This document shows positions 17,265 to 26,709 of a DNA stretch of 64,000 bases, piece by piece (position 1 is the stretch's first letter; the number at the start of each line of letters is the position of its first letter). The stretch is from Faecousia sp. (GTDB lineage Bacteria; Bacillota; Clostridia; Oscillospirales; Oscillospiraceae). The notes beneath the pieces are model-generated. The model did not search any database. It saw only the letters and a list, made by a program, of their open reading frames with translations, and had not been told where the DNA came from. The position numbers and the translations under genes were made by a program. The stretch lies in contig JAZOQT010000067.1 in assembly GCA_045656245.1 (NCBI GenBank), forward strand, positions 17,609-81,608. The letters are read 5' to 3'.

Positions 17265-18683
17265 TTATAGCAGCGCAAACAGCGCTTGCTTGTCCGCAAG
17301 CACGTCTTCCAGCTGGCGGATATACTGCTCGGGGAATTTGGGGTTATGGAAGCGCTGCAGAGTGCCGTCGGGCAGATTTACCTTGTTCATGCCGCCGCCA
17401 CCCAGAGAAAGGATGGTGTGCAGCTCCTCCATCATGTAAATATTATACAGGCAGTCCTTTCCCGGTAAGCTCCAGCCCACGTTTTCAAAGCTGCCGGACA
17501 TATATTTTTGCCGGTACAGATAGTAGGGGCCGTAGCCCAATTTGGGCAAAGCTTCGTTGGCGTAGTCCACCATTTGGGCCACAGCCTGGGCAGAGGAAAG
17601 TCCTGTGGGGTTTTCAAACAAATCTGCGCCTTTTTTCAGCGCCAGTGTATGCACCGTAATATTGGCAGGCTTCAAGGAGGCCACGGCGTCAAGAGAGTGG
17701 CAAAAGCCGGAAAAAGTATCGGTGGGAAGCCCGGCAATCAAGTCCATATTAATGGCATCAAAGCCGGCGTCCACTGCCCAGCCGTAGGCTTTTTCCACAT
17801 CCTGCGCCGAGTGGGGCCGTCGGCAGGAAGCCAAAACCGAATCCACCATGGATTGGGGGTTAATGCTCATGCGGTCAGCGCCCAGCTGCCGCAGCAGCCG
17901 CAGCTTTTCCGGGGAAAGGGTATCCGGACGGCCTCCCTCCACCGTAAATTCCAGACATCGGGACAGGTCAAAAGAAGCGCAAATGGCTTCCATCAGCCGG
18001 GTAAGCTGCGGGGCGGATAGGGTGGTGGGCGTACCGCCGCCTATATAAATGGTACGCAGGTGCTTTCCGGATTTTGCCAACAATTCTCCTGTAAAAGAAA
18101 TTTCCTTCAGCAGCGCCTGCAAATACGGCTCCAAAAGCGCGCCCTGCTTACCCACGGTGCTGCTGACAAAGCTGCAGTAGCTGCACCGGGTGGGGCAAAA
18201 GGGAATGCCCACATACAAAGAAAGGTCATTGCTCTGTAATTGCTTTTGGGCCTTGACCGTGGCGATGGAGCAATCCACCGCCAATTGGGCCCGGGGGGCG
18301 GACACATAATACACATTCTGCAAAAGCTTTTTTGCCTGCTGCTTTGTAGAGCCCTCTAATAGGGCTCTGGTGGACAGCTTGGTGGGGCGTACCCCTGCCA
18401 ATGCGCCCCAGGCCGGGGCGTTTTCCAACAGCTGCACCGCCGCCAGATAACAGCTTTGCTGTAAAATTCTGCGGCGCAGGCGGACAGTCTCTTTTTTTAC
18501 AGACAGTCTGCGCCTGGCAGACACGGTCTTGCCTTCTTTTTGCAGGGTGGTAACGGCGGTGAGGTAGGATTTTCCCCGAAACAGTCGGGAAGAAGCGGCA
18601 AGGGAAGCTTCTGTGCCGAACAGGGACAGCAAAAGCTGTTCCACGGCGTAGCGGTCATCATGACCGATGATTGTCAGTTCCAT
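17265..18683 (-). CDS. hemZ: HemZ-like radical SAM protein
   Basis: WGALAGVRPTK, SLYVGIPFCPTRCSYCSF, GGGTPT, PYYLYRQK..ENVG. Confidence 0.88.
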   Translation of the reverse strand: MELTIIGHDDRYAVEQLLLSLFGTEASLAASSRLFRGKSYLTAVTTLQKEGKTVSARRRLSVKKETVRLRRRILQQSCYLAAVQLLENAPAWGALAGVRPTKLSTRALLEGSTKQQAKKLLQNVYYVSAPRAQLAVDCSIATVKAQKQLQSNDLSLYVGIPFCPTRCSYCSFVSSTVGKQGALLEPYLQALLKEISFTGELLAKSGKHLRTIYIGGGTPTTLSAPQLTRLMEAICASFDLSRCLEFTVEGGRPDTLSPEKLRLLRQLGADRMSINPQSMVDSVLASCRRPHSAQDVEKAYGWAVDAGFDAINMDLIAGLPTDTFSGFCHSLDAVASLKPANITVHTLALKKGADLFENPTGLSSAQAVAQMVDYANEALPKLGYGPYYLYRQKYMSGSFENVGWSLPGKDCLYNIYMMEELHTILSLGGGGMNKVNLPDGTLQRFHNPKFPEQYIRQLEDVLADKQALFALL

Positions 18684-18692
18684 AAAAACACC

Positions 18693-19283
18693 TTATTGCA
18701 GATAGGGGTTATACTGTATTTCCTCCTGTAAGGAGGTGGCTTCACCGTGGCCGGGGTATACCCTGCAACGGAGCTTCATTTGGGCAAGGCGGATTAGGGA
18801 TTTTTGCATTTGCGGGAAGCTTCCTCCGGGGAAATCTGTGCGGCCGCAGCTGCCGGCAAACAGGGTGTCGCCGGAAAACAGCGCATCCTCCGTCAGCAGG
18901 CACACGCTGCCGGGGGTGTGTCCCGGGGTATGCAGTACCCGAAAGGTAAGCCCGGCAACGCAAATGCTGTCCCCTTCGCCGTAGGTGTGGGTGTAAAAAA
19001 GAGGCCCTGCGGTCAGCGGTTCCGGAAGGGAAAGCTCTTCAGGGCATAGGTATACCCGGCAGTCTGTTTCCGCAACCAGCGCTTTTACCGCGCCCACATG
19101 GTCAAAATGCCCGTGGGTGAGCAGAATCGCCGTCAGGGAAAGACCCTTGGCGGCCAGATGGCTCAAAATGGTCTGGGGCGCATACCCCGGGTCGATGACC
19201 ACGCAGTCTTTGCCCTGGCTGTCCCACAAAACATAGGTATTTACCTGATAAGCGCCAAGGGTGAGGGTATCCATACAAAGCAT
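18693..19283 (-). CDS. MBL-fold metallo-hydrolase (glyoxalase II-like)
   Basis: THGHFDH, TPGHTPGS, GDTLF, PGHG. Confidence 0.9.
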   Translation of the reverse strand: MLCMDTLTLGAYQVNTYVLWDSQGKDCVVIDPGYAPQTILSHLAAKGLSLTAILLTHGHFDHVGAVKALVAETDCRVYLCPEELSLPEPLTAGPLFYTHTYGEGDSICVAGLTFRVLHTPGHTPGSVCLLTEDALFSGDTLFAGSCGRTDFPGGSFPQMQKSLIRLAQMKLRCRVYPGHGEATSLQEEIQYNPYLQ

Positions 19284-19286
19284 AGC

Positions 19287-19754
19287 TCAACCCCTCCGTG
19301 GAGAATCCATCAACGCATCGGTGTCCAGAATCAGGGTAACAGGACCGTCATTGACGGAGGAAACCTGCATATCCGCCCCGAATTGCCCGTGCTGGGGAGG
19401 GTAGCCCAGCTCCGTGCAGATGGATAAGAATTTTTCGTACAGCGCGTTGCCAAGGTCGGGGCCCGCCGCTTCTGTGAAGCTGGGGCGGCGTCCCTTGCGG
19501 CAGTTGCCGTACAGGGTGAACTGGCTGACCACCAGAATCTCTCCTCCAATGGCTTCCAGACCCAGATTCATTTTGCCGTTTTCGTCCTCGAAAATCCGCA
19601 GACCCAGCATTTTCTCCGCCAGATAGCGGCATTCCTTCTCCGTATCCTCCGGGCCGACACCCAGCAAAATGAGAAAGCCCTTGCCGATTTTGCCTACGGT
19701 GTTTCCGTCAATGGCAACGGAGGCGGATTGTACTCTTGTTAAAACAGCACGCAT
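19287..19754 (-). CDS. dtd: D-aminoacyl-tRNA deacylase
   Basis: VSQFTL and NDGPVT motifs; follows relA. Confidence 0.95.
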   Translation of the reverse strand: MRAVLTRVQSASVAIDGNTVGKIGKGFLILLGVGPEDTEKECRYLAEKMLGLRIFEDENGKMNLGLEAIGGEILVVSQFTLYGNCRKGRRPSFTEAAGPDLGNALYEKFLSICTELGYPPQHGQFGADMQVSSVNDGPVTLILDTDALMDSPRRG

Positions 19755-19766
19755 ACTACGCTCCTT

Positions 19767-21956
19767 TTAATTCTGTCCCCGACGGGAGCCTACCACATCG
19801 CGGATATTCAGCAGTTTGTTGCGAATATTGTCCAGCTCTGTTACGTCCTTTACCTCGAATTTTACAGTAAAGACGCTCTTACCGCCGGGCAAATCCTTGC
19901 CGAACAGCTCTTTTACCCGAACCCGGGCGGTGGTCATGGTGGTGGCAACGTCCAAAAGCAGGCCGTCCCGGGTGATGCAGTCCAGCTCCAGGGTGGTTTC
20001 AAAGGGCTGGGTTTCTTCGTTTGCCCACCGTACGTTTACCCAACGGGCAGACTGCACCGGGTGGGTGCGGTTAGCGGCGTTGGGGCAGTCGCACCGGTGT
20101 ATGCTGACACCGAAGCCCTTGGTGATAAAGCCTACAATGGCATCTCCCGGAACGGGGGTGCAGCACTTGGCAAATTTAATCATGCAAGAGCCGATGTCCT
20201 CTACAATCACGCCGTTGGTGCCGTGGAGGTCCAGCTTTCCCCCGTCGCTGTCCGCAGGAATGCGCAGGGGGCTTTGCTGCTTGTCGTTTGCCTGAGCCTT
20301 CAGCGCCCGGTTGATGTCGTCCCGAATCCGGCCTACGGCCTTCAGCGCGGTCAAGCCCCCGTAGCCGATGGCGGCGTACATATCCTCCCAGTCGTCAAAG
20401 CTCAGCTTTTTCAGCAGCTGAGGCCCAACCTCCGGGTCGATGGTGATGGAAAGGGGCAGACCCACCCGCTTCATTTCCGCTTCGAAGGAGGCTCTGCCGT
20501 GAATGACGTTTTCTTCCCGCTTTTCTTTCTTGAACCACTGCTTGATTTTGGTGCGTGCCTGGTTGCTGTGGCAGATGTTCAGCCAGTCCCGGCTGGGGCC
20601 TTTGGCGGATTTGGAGGTGAGAATTTCAATAATATCGCCGTTTTTCAGGGTGGTGTCGATGTTGGCAATGCGGTTATTGACCTTGGCGCCAATCATAGAG
20701 TTACCCACTCCGGAGTGAATGGCATAGGCGAAGTCAATGGGGGTAGAGCCGGCAGGCAGAGATACAATCCGTCCCTTGGGGGTGTAAACGAACACCTCAT
20801 CGTCAAACATATCGATTTTCAGGGACTGGACAAATTCCTCGGCATCGGAGTCCTGCTGGCTTTCCAGCAGGCGTCGCACCCACTCAAAGTCCTTTTCGTT
20901 GCCCTCGCCGGTGCCCTGCTTGTATTTCCAGTGAGCCGCAATACCGTATTCCGCTGTCTGGTGCATATCCCAGGTGCGGATCTGCACCTCAAAGGGAATG
21001 CCCTGGGTACCGATAACGGTGGTATGCAGGCACTGGTACATATTGGGCTTGGGGGTGGAAATATAGTCCTTAAACCGGCCGGGTACAAGGTTAAACAAAT
21101 CGTGGATATGACCCAGCACGTTGTAACAGTCGGAAATGCTGTCTACAATCACCCGGAAGGCGTAAATATCGTACAGCTCGTCCATGGTCTTGCCCTGGCT
21201 TTGCATTTTCCGGTAAATGGAGTACACGTGCTTAATCCGCCCGTAGCAGGAGTTGCCGATACCTACGGAGGAAAGTCTGTCCTGAATTTTGGCCTGAATG
21301 GTGTGCATAAAGGCCTCGTCCTGCTCCTTGTGGGCGTTGAGATAGCGCATAATGGAGCTGTAGTCGTCAGGGTCCAGATACCGCAGGGCGATGTCCTCCA
21401 GCTCCCACTTAATCTTTTGCATACCAAGACGGTGGGCCAGGGGGGCGTAAATATCCATGGTTTCCCGGCATTTGGAAATCTGCTTGGCCGGGGTTTGGTA
21501 CTGCATGGTGCGCATATTGTGGAGGCGGTCGGCAATTTTAATCAGCATGACCCGAATGTCCTTGGACATGGCCATGAACATTTTCCGAAGGTTCTCCATT
21601 TGTGCCTGCTCGGTGGAGGAGAAGTTGGCCCGGGTCAGCTTGGTAACGCCCTCCACCAGCTCGGCAACGGAGGTGCCGAACAGCCGCTGAATATCCTCAA
21701 AGGAGGCGTCGGTATCTTCAATGCAGTCATGGAGCAGGGCGCCCAGAATGGCGTCGATATCCAGCCCCATTTCCACCACGATTTCCGCAACGGCCAGGGG
21801 GTGAATGATATAAGGCGAGCCGTCCTTACGGGTCTGGGCGCTGTGCTTGTTCTGGGCGTAGGCAATGGCCTTGTCCACCAGCGCCATATCCGTATTGGGC
21901 ATTCGCTTGCGCAGGCATTCCTGCAAAGAATCGTAATGGGCTTCAAAGGTTTCCAA
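19767..21956 (-). CDS. relA: Bifunctional (p)ppGpp synthetase/hydrolase RelA/SpoT
   Basis: HD domain (LLHDCIED), ADRLHNMRT, EVQIRT, AAHWKYK, TGS, CC and ACT domains. Start is uncertain; TTG at 21956 was chosen. Confidence 0.95.
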   Translation of the reverse strand: METFEAHYDSLQECLRKRMPNTDMALVDKAIAYAQNKHSAQTRKDGSPYIIHPLAVAEIVVEMGLDIDAILGALLHDCIEDTDASFEDIQRLFGTSVAELVEGVTKLTRANFSSTEQAQMENLRKMFMAMSKDIRVMLIKIADRLHNMRTMQYQTPAKQISKCRETMDIYAPLAHRLGMQKIKWELEDIALRYLDPDDYSSIMRYLNAHKEQDEAFMHTIQAKIQDRLSSVGIGNSCYGRIKHVYSIYRKMQSQGKTMDELYDIYAFRVIVDSISDCYNVLGHIHDLFNLVPGRFKDYISTPKPNMYQCLHTTVIGTQGIPFEVQIRTWDMHQTAEYGIAAHWKYKQGTGEGNEKDFEWVRRLLESQQDSDAEEFVQSLKIDMFDDEVFVYTPKGRIVSLPAGSTPIDFAYAIHSGVGNSMIGAKVNNRIANIDTTLKNGDIIEILTSKSAKGPSRDWLNICHSNQARTKIKQWFKKEKREENVIHGRASFEAEMKRVGLPLSITIDPEVGPQLLKKLSFDDWEDMYAAIGYGGLTALKAVGRIRDDINRALKAQANDKQQSPLRIPADSDGGKLDLHGTNGVIVEDIGSCMIKFAKCCTPVPGDAIVGFITKGFGVSIHRCDCPNAANRTHPVQSARWVNVRWANEETQPFETTLELDCITRDGLLLDVATTMTTARVRVKELFGKDLPGGKSVFTVKFEVKDVTELDNIRNKLLNIRDVVGSRRGQN

Positions 21957-21961
21957 TGTAA

Positions 21962-24019
21962 TCAGCTCTCTTTCGCCAGCAGAAGGCTCTGCAAGGTGGC
22001 ACTTGTGTTCAAATCGGCTTTTTCTTCGCCGCAGGTAAGGGTGATGCAATAGTCGTTGTGGTGGCGCTGAATGTCAATCAGACCCACATCCCGGAAAATA
22101 TCCAGACAGACCAAAAGCTGCTGCAGCTGCAATGGTTGGTTGGACCAGCGGACAATTTTTCTGCACAGGCACATGGGGGTGATTTTCAAGGGCGTATTTG
22201 CCCCTGCCAGATACCGCCAGATACAGCCCAGCTGTCCCCGGTCCGGCAGCAGGGAGGAGGCTTCCTCCGGGGTAATGGTGTGATTGCGCAGATGGGCGTA
22301 GGCGGAGGTTTCCGGAGTACAGGGAGCGCTGCAGCTGGGGCGGATATCCAGCACGTTAAGCTGAGCAGACCGCTCCGAGCGGAACTCGTTTACCTGGGGG
22401 TGGAAGGCCACATCCACCAAATCGCCGGGCTCAATGCAGGCGCTTTCGGGGGTGGCGGAGAAGTAGATTGCTCCAAGGGAATGCCGTCCCTGGCGCAGGC
22501 GCAGGCGCATATGGCGGCCGTTGCCTACCAGATTGATGCGCTCTACCGTGAGGTTTTCCATCATCAGCACCGGCTTGGGGCAGCCGTTGCCGCAGGGCTC
22601 CAATGCCTGCAAGGCGTCAATGCCCTTTACTGTCAAAAGCTCCGGGGGAATGGCGCAGTCGATATCCAAAGAGGTTCTGGGGCCGGCGTCGGAGTAAAAC
22701 TGGGCTGCCAGCTGGGAAATCTGCTCCCGGAAAGCGGGAATCTGCTGGCGGGAGATGGTGAAGCCTGCTGCCAGTTCGTGGCCGCCGTAGCTTTCCAGCA
22801 GAGGGGAAAGGGCGGTCAGCGCGGAAAACAGATTAAAGCCGCCGAAGCTGCGGGAGCTGGCCTTTCCGTGGTCGCCGTCCAGGCAAATGAGGAAGGTGGG
22901 GCAGCAGAACTCCTCTGCCATGCGGCTTGCCACAATTCCCACAACGCCCTGATGCCAGCTTTCGTCTGCCAGTACGATGGCTTCGGGGGACTTGCCCTGG
23001 GGGAGCATGGAGATGGCCTGGGCGTAGATTTCCGATTCAACACTCTGCCGCTGGCGGTTCAGATCGCACAGCGCCTCGGCAAGCTGCCGGGCCTGCTGGG
23101 CATCGTCCGTTAAAAACAGGTCAATGGCCAAATCGATCTGCCCCATTCGTCCCGCGGCGTTAATACGGGGGGCGAGCATAAAGCCGATGGTGGAGGCGCT
23201 GACTGCCTCCGGCGTACAACTGCAGGCATCCATCAGCGCCGCGATACCGGGGCGCTTTGTGTGCTTCAGCGCTTCCAGTCCCCGGCAGACAAATACCCGG
23301 TTTTCTCCTGTCAGAGGCATTACATCTGCCACTGTGCCCAGACATACCATGTCTGCATATTCCGTAAGTACGGCCTGCTGACTGCCGCAGAGGGCGGCGG
23401 CCAGCTTAAAGGCCACACCAACACCGGACAGGGTTTTGTGGGGATAGCCGCAGTCCGGGCGGTGGGGGTCTACCACAGCAACGGCCTGGGGCAGCGTATC
23501 CTTGCACTCATGATGGTCAGTAATTACCAAATCGATACCCAGCTGGGCGCAAAGCTGCGCCTCCTCCACGGCGGTAATGCCGCAGTCTACGGTAACAATC
23601 AGCTTAACACCCTCGCTGTGAAGCTGATGAATGGCAATGGGGTTTAATCCGTAGCCTTCCTCCAGTCGTCCGGGGATATAGCTGCGCACCTGGGCGCCGT
23701 GGCGGCGAAGAAAATCCGTCAACAGGCAGGTGGCGGTGATACCGTCCACGTCATAGTCGCCAAATACGGCAATTTTCTCCCCTCTGGTCATAGCAAGCCC
23801 TACCCGGCCTGCAGCCAGAGCCATGTCCGTCATCAAAAAGGGATCGGGCATGGGGGCGTCGCAGTCCAAATAGGCGTGGGCATCCCGGGGGCCTTCCATT
23901 CCCCGGGCAGAGAGCACCATGGCAGTCAGAGGGGCGTAGCCCCCGCCTACCAAGGCGTTTACCGCTTCCATTTGCGGCTGTTGAACATTCCAAACTCCAT
24001 ATTTCAAAGCAATACACAT
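21962..24019 (-). CDS. recJ: ssDNA exonuclease RecJ
   Basis: GDYDVDG, VDCG, TDHH, APRINAAGR, GGHELAAG. Confidence 0.95.
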   Translation of the reverse strand: MCIALKYGVWNVQQPQMEAVNALVGGGYAPLTAMVLSARGMEGPRDAHAYLDCDAPMPDPFLMTDMALAAGRVGLAMTRGEKIAVFGDYDVDGITATCLLTDFLRRHGAQVRSYIPGRLEEGYGLNPIAIHQLHSEGVKLIVTVDCGITAVEEAQLCAQLGIDLVITDHHECKDTLPQAVAVVDPHRPDCGYPHKTLSGVGVAFKLAAALCGSQQAVLTEYADMVCLGTVADVMPLTGENRVFVCRGLEALKHTKRPGIAALMDACSCTPEAVSASTIGFMLAPRINAAGRMGQIDLAIDLFLTDDAQQARQLAEALCDLNRQRQSVESEIYAQAISMLPQGKSPEAIVLADESWHQGVVGIVASRMAEEFCCPTFLICLDGDHGKASSRSFGGFNLFSALTALSPLLESYGGHELAAGFTISRQQIPAFREQISQLAAQFYSDAGPRTSLDIDCAIPPELLTVKGIDALQALEPCGNGCPKPVLMMENLTVERINLVGNGRHMRLRLRQGRHSLGAIYFSATPESACIEPGDLVDVAFHPQVNEFRSERSAQLNVLDIRPSCSAPCTPETSAYAHLRNHTITPEEASSLLPDRGQLGCIWRYLAGANTPLKITPMCLCRKIVRWSNQPLQLQQLLVCLDIFRDVGLIDIQRHHNDYCITLTCGEEKADLNTSATLQSLLLAKES

Positions 24020-24126
24020 CCATTATAACTTTTTCTGATTATTATAGCAAAATAATGACGGTTACACAATAGTAACTTTGGTTTTTTGGCGATATTTACA
24101 ACAAAAAATCCCCAAATACATGGAAA

Positions 24127-24148
24127 CACCCTCCCATGAGGGAGGGTG
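24127..24148 (-). terminator. Terminator after the ROK kinase
   Basis: CACCCTCCC/GGGAGGGTG stem. Confidence 0.6.
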
Positions 24149-24157
24149 AAAGGAACG

Positions 24158-25117
24158 TTATCGGTTGTCAGAAGAAAGACTGTCCAGCAGCAGCTTACAT
24201 GCTCCGTAGGCGCCGGCATCGTTGCCCAGAGCCGCAAGGGCAAAGGTAATGGTATTGGAGGCGTGGAAAATATACCGGTCAAAGTATTTTTTTACCCCTG
24301 CAAGTAAGGCGGGCCCCGCCTTGCTGACGCCGCCTCCCAGAACCACAGTTTCCGGGTCAACGGCGCAGCACACATTGGCAAGAAATTGCCCCATATAGTC
24401 GTACACCTGCTCCAAGATCTCCATAGCGGCGGCATCGCTTCCCCCGGCGGCGTCGAACACAGCCTTGCAGGTGATTTCCGGCAAGGCCCGCAGGGCGCTG
24501 GGGCAATGGGTTTCATTCAGGTATTCCTTGGCCAGACGGACAATGCCGGTGGCGGAGCAGTATTGCTCGGCGCAGCCGAATTTTCCGCAGCTGCACTGCT
24601 GGGTTTCTCTGGGGTTGACCACCAGATGGCCGATTTCTCCTGCAGCGCCGTGGACCCCGAACAGGGGCTTGCCGTCCAGGATAATGCCCCCGCCCACGCC
24701 GGTGCCCAGGGTTGCCAGCACCATGTTTTTGCAGCCCTGTCCGCCGCCGCGCCAGCTCTCTCCCAGGGCCGCCAGATTGGCGTCGTTGCCGGCTGCCACA
24801 GGAAGGTCAGTCAGTTCCTGCAGAGCCTGCCGTACGGAGAACTTCTCCCAGCCTAAATTGATGCACTTGTTGACAACCCCCTGGCTGTCCACAGGGCCGG
24901 GCACGCCGATGCCGATGCCCAGAACCTCTGCTTTTGCAATGCCTTTTTCCTGCAAAAAGCAGCGCAGCGCCCCGGCGATATCCGGCAGAATATGCTTGCC
25001 GGAGTCTCGGGTGTCGGTGGGGATTTCCCATTTGTGGAGCAGTGTGCCGTCTTTACGGAAAAAGCCCAGCTTTACCGTAGTGCCGCCCAAATCCACGCCG
25101 AAGCCATAATTCTTCAT
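24158..25117 (-). CDS. ROK family glucokinase
   Basis: GVDLGGT, NDANLAALGE, GEIGH, CSCGKFGCAE. Confidence 0.9.
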   Translation of the reverse strand: MKNYGFGVDLGGTTVKLGFFRKDGTLLHKWEIPTDTRDSGKHILPDIAGALRCFLQEKGIAKAEVLGIGIGVPGPVDSQGVVNKCINLGWEKFSVRQALQELTDLPVAAGNDANLAALGESWRGGGQGCKNMVLATLGTGVGGGIILDGKPLFGVHGAAGEIGHLVVNPRETQQCSCGKFGCAEQYCSATGIVRLAKEYLNETHCPSALRALPEITCKAVFDAAGGSDAAAMEILEQVYDYMGQFLANVCCAVDPETVVLGGGVSKAGPALLAGVKKYFDRYIFHASNTITFALAALGNDAGAYGACKLLLDSLSSDNR

Positions 25118-25278
25118 AAAACTACACTCCTTTGACTTTCTGCCTCTCATTATAAAGGACAGCAAAGAAAAAAGCTACCTTTTTTTCTTTTAATTCTTTC
25201 CAAACGCCCTTGTCAATTGCGGCATGCGTGATATAATAAAGGCAAACATCGTTCTTATGCCCACAGGAGGCGGTCTTT

Positions 25279-26166
25279 GTGAAGAAAATGCTGTTGATTA
25301 TCAATCCCTATGCCGGCACACGGCGGATTCAAAAGGTGCTGACAGATGTAATTGCCCTGTTTAACCGGGCGGATTTTGCGGTGAATGTGCATATTACCGC
25401 CGGCCGGGGTGATGCCACCCAGGTGGCAATGGAGCAGGGGCATACAGTGGATTTGGTGGTATGCGCCGGGGGGGACGGCACACTCAACGAGGTGGTGTCC
25501 GGCCTTTTGGCAGGCGGCTGTAAGACCCCCATCGGATATATTCCCAGCGGCTCTACCAACGATTTTGCCAACAGCCTGCACTTGCCTGTCCAGGAGCGGA
25601 AGGCCGCCCAGCTGATTGCGGAGGGGGCGCCGGTTTTGTATGATGTGGGCAAGTTTGCCGACCGTTACTTTACCTATGTTGCCTCCTTCGGGGCGTTTAC
25701 CAAGGCGTCCTACAGCACCCCTCAAAGCGTAAAAAATGCTCTGGGCCACGCGGCGTATATTCTGGAGGGGATTCAGGAGCTTTCCCAGCTCAAGACCATA
25801 CATGTGAAGCTGGAACTGGACGGGGAAACCGTGGAGGACGATTTGCTGTTTGGCGCTGTCAGCAATTCCACCTCCGTAGGGGGCATTTTGACCCTTGACC
25901 CCAAGCAGGTGGACATGACCGACGGGAAATTTGAGGTTCTGCTGGTACGGGCGCCCAGAGATTTCATAGAGCTTCACGAATGTGTCAGGGCTCTGCAGAA
26001 CAAGACCTATAACTGCGCCATGCTCACCATGAAAACCGCCAGCCATATCACCGTGGAAACGGAGAGAAAGCTGGATTGGAGTCTGGACGGGGAAAAGGCA
26101 ACGGCGGACAGGAAAACCGTTATTGAGAATCTCCACCATGCCGTGAGGATTATTACGAAAGGATAA
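25279..26166 (+). CDS. Diacylglycerol kinase family protein (YegS/DagK-like)
   Basis: INPYAG, GGDGTLNEV, PSGSTNDFA, LDGE. Confidence 0.9.
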   Translation: MKKMLLIINPYAGTRRIQKVLTDVIALFNRADFAVNVHITAGRGDATQVAMEQGHTVDLVVCAGGDGTLNEVVSGLLAGGCKTPIGYIPSGSTNDFANSLHLPVQERKAAQLIAEGAPVLYDVGKFADRYFTYVASFGAFTKASYSTPQSVKNALGHAAYILEGIQELSQLKTIHVKLELDGETVEDDLLFGAVSNSTSVGGILTLDPKQVDMTDGKFEVLLVRAPRDFIELHECVRALQNKTYNCAMLTMKTASHITVETERKLDWSLDGEKATADRKTVIENLHHAVRIITKG

Positions 26167-26169
26167 ACT

Positions 26170-26640
26170 ATGCACAATTCCACACTGTGTTACATCACTC
26201 GTGGCGAGGAAGTGCTGATGCTTCATCGGGTGAAAAAGGAAAAAGACGTCAACAAGGACAAATGGATTGGCGTGGGGGGCAAGTTTGAGAAGGACGAAAC
26301 CCCCGACGAATGTCTGCTCCGGGAGGTTCGGGAAGAAACGGGACTGACGCTGACCAGCTGGAAATGCCGGGGTGTGGTTACCTTTTTAACCAACGGACCG
26401 TGGGACGGGGAATATATGTACCTGTTCACTGCCGACGGATTTACCGGAGCGCTGAAGGAATGTGATGAGGGAGATTTGCGCTGGGTAAGCCGGCAGTTTT
26501 TAGATGCCCTGCCCAAATGGGAGGGGGACAGGATTTTTCTGGATCTGCTGTGGCAAGATGCTCCTTTCTTTCTGCTGAAGCTTCGCTACGAGGGGGATAC
26601 CCTGGTGGAGGCAGTGCTAAACGGCGAGAAAATCAAATAA
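26170..26640 (+). CDS. Nudix hydrolase, 8-oxo-dGTP diphosphatase (MutX-like)
   Basis: Nudix box GGKFEKDETPDECLLREVREETGL; ECDEG.L.W, WEGD. Confidence 0.88.
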   Translation: MHNSTLCYITRGEEVLMLHRVKKEKDVNKDKWIGVGGKFEKDETPDECLLREVREETGLTLTSWKCRGVVTFLTNGPWDGEYMYLFTADGFTGALKECDEGDLRWVSRQFLDALPKWEGDRIFLDLLWQDAPFFLLKLRYEGDTLVEAVLNGEKIK

Positions 26641-26644
26641 CAAA

Positions 26645-26704
26645 ACCCCACTTTTGGGAAGCGTACCATGTTGCGATACATGATGTACGGCCCAAAAGTG
26701 GGGT
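26645..26704. repeat. 60-nt extended hairpin between convergent genes
   Basis: ACCCCACTTTTGGG/CCCAAAAGTGGGGT outer stem plus inner CGTAC/GTACG and CATGT/ACATG stems. Confidence 0.7.
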
Positions 26705-26709
26705 AAATT

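Noticed and set aside
21957-22049. Long relA N-terminal overlap with recJ (track start 22049)
   Set aside because: The extension lies inside recJ and does not look RelA-like; a start near the recJ stop is more plausible.
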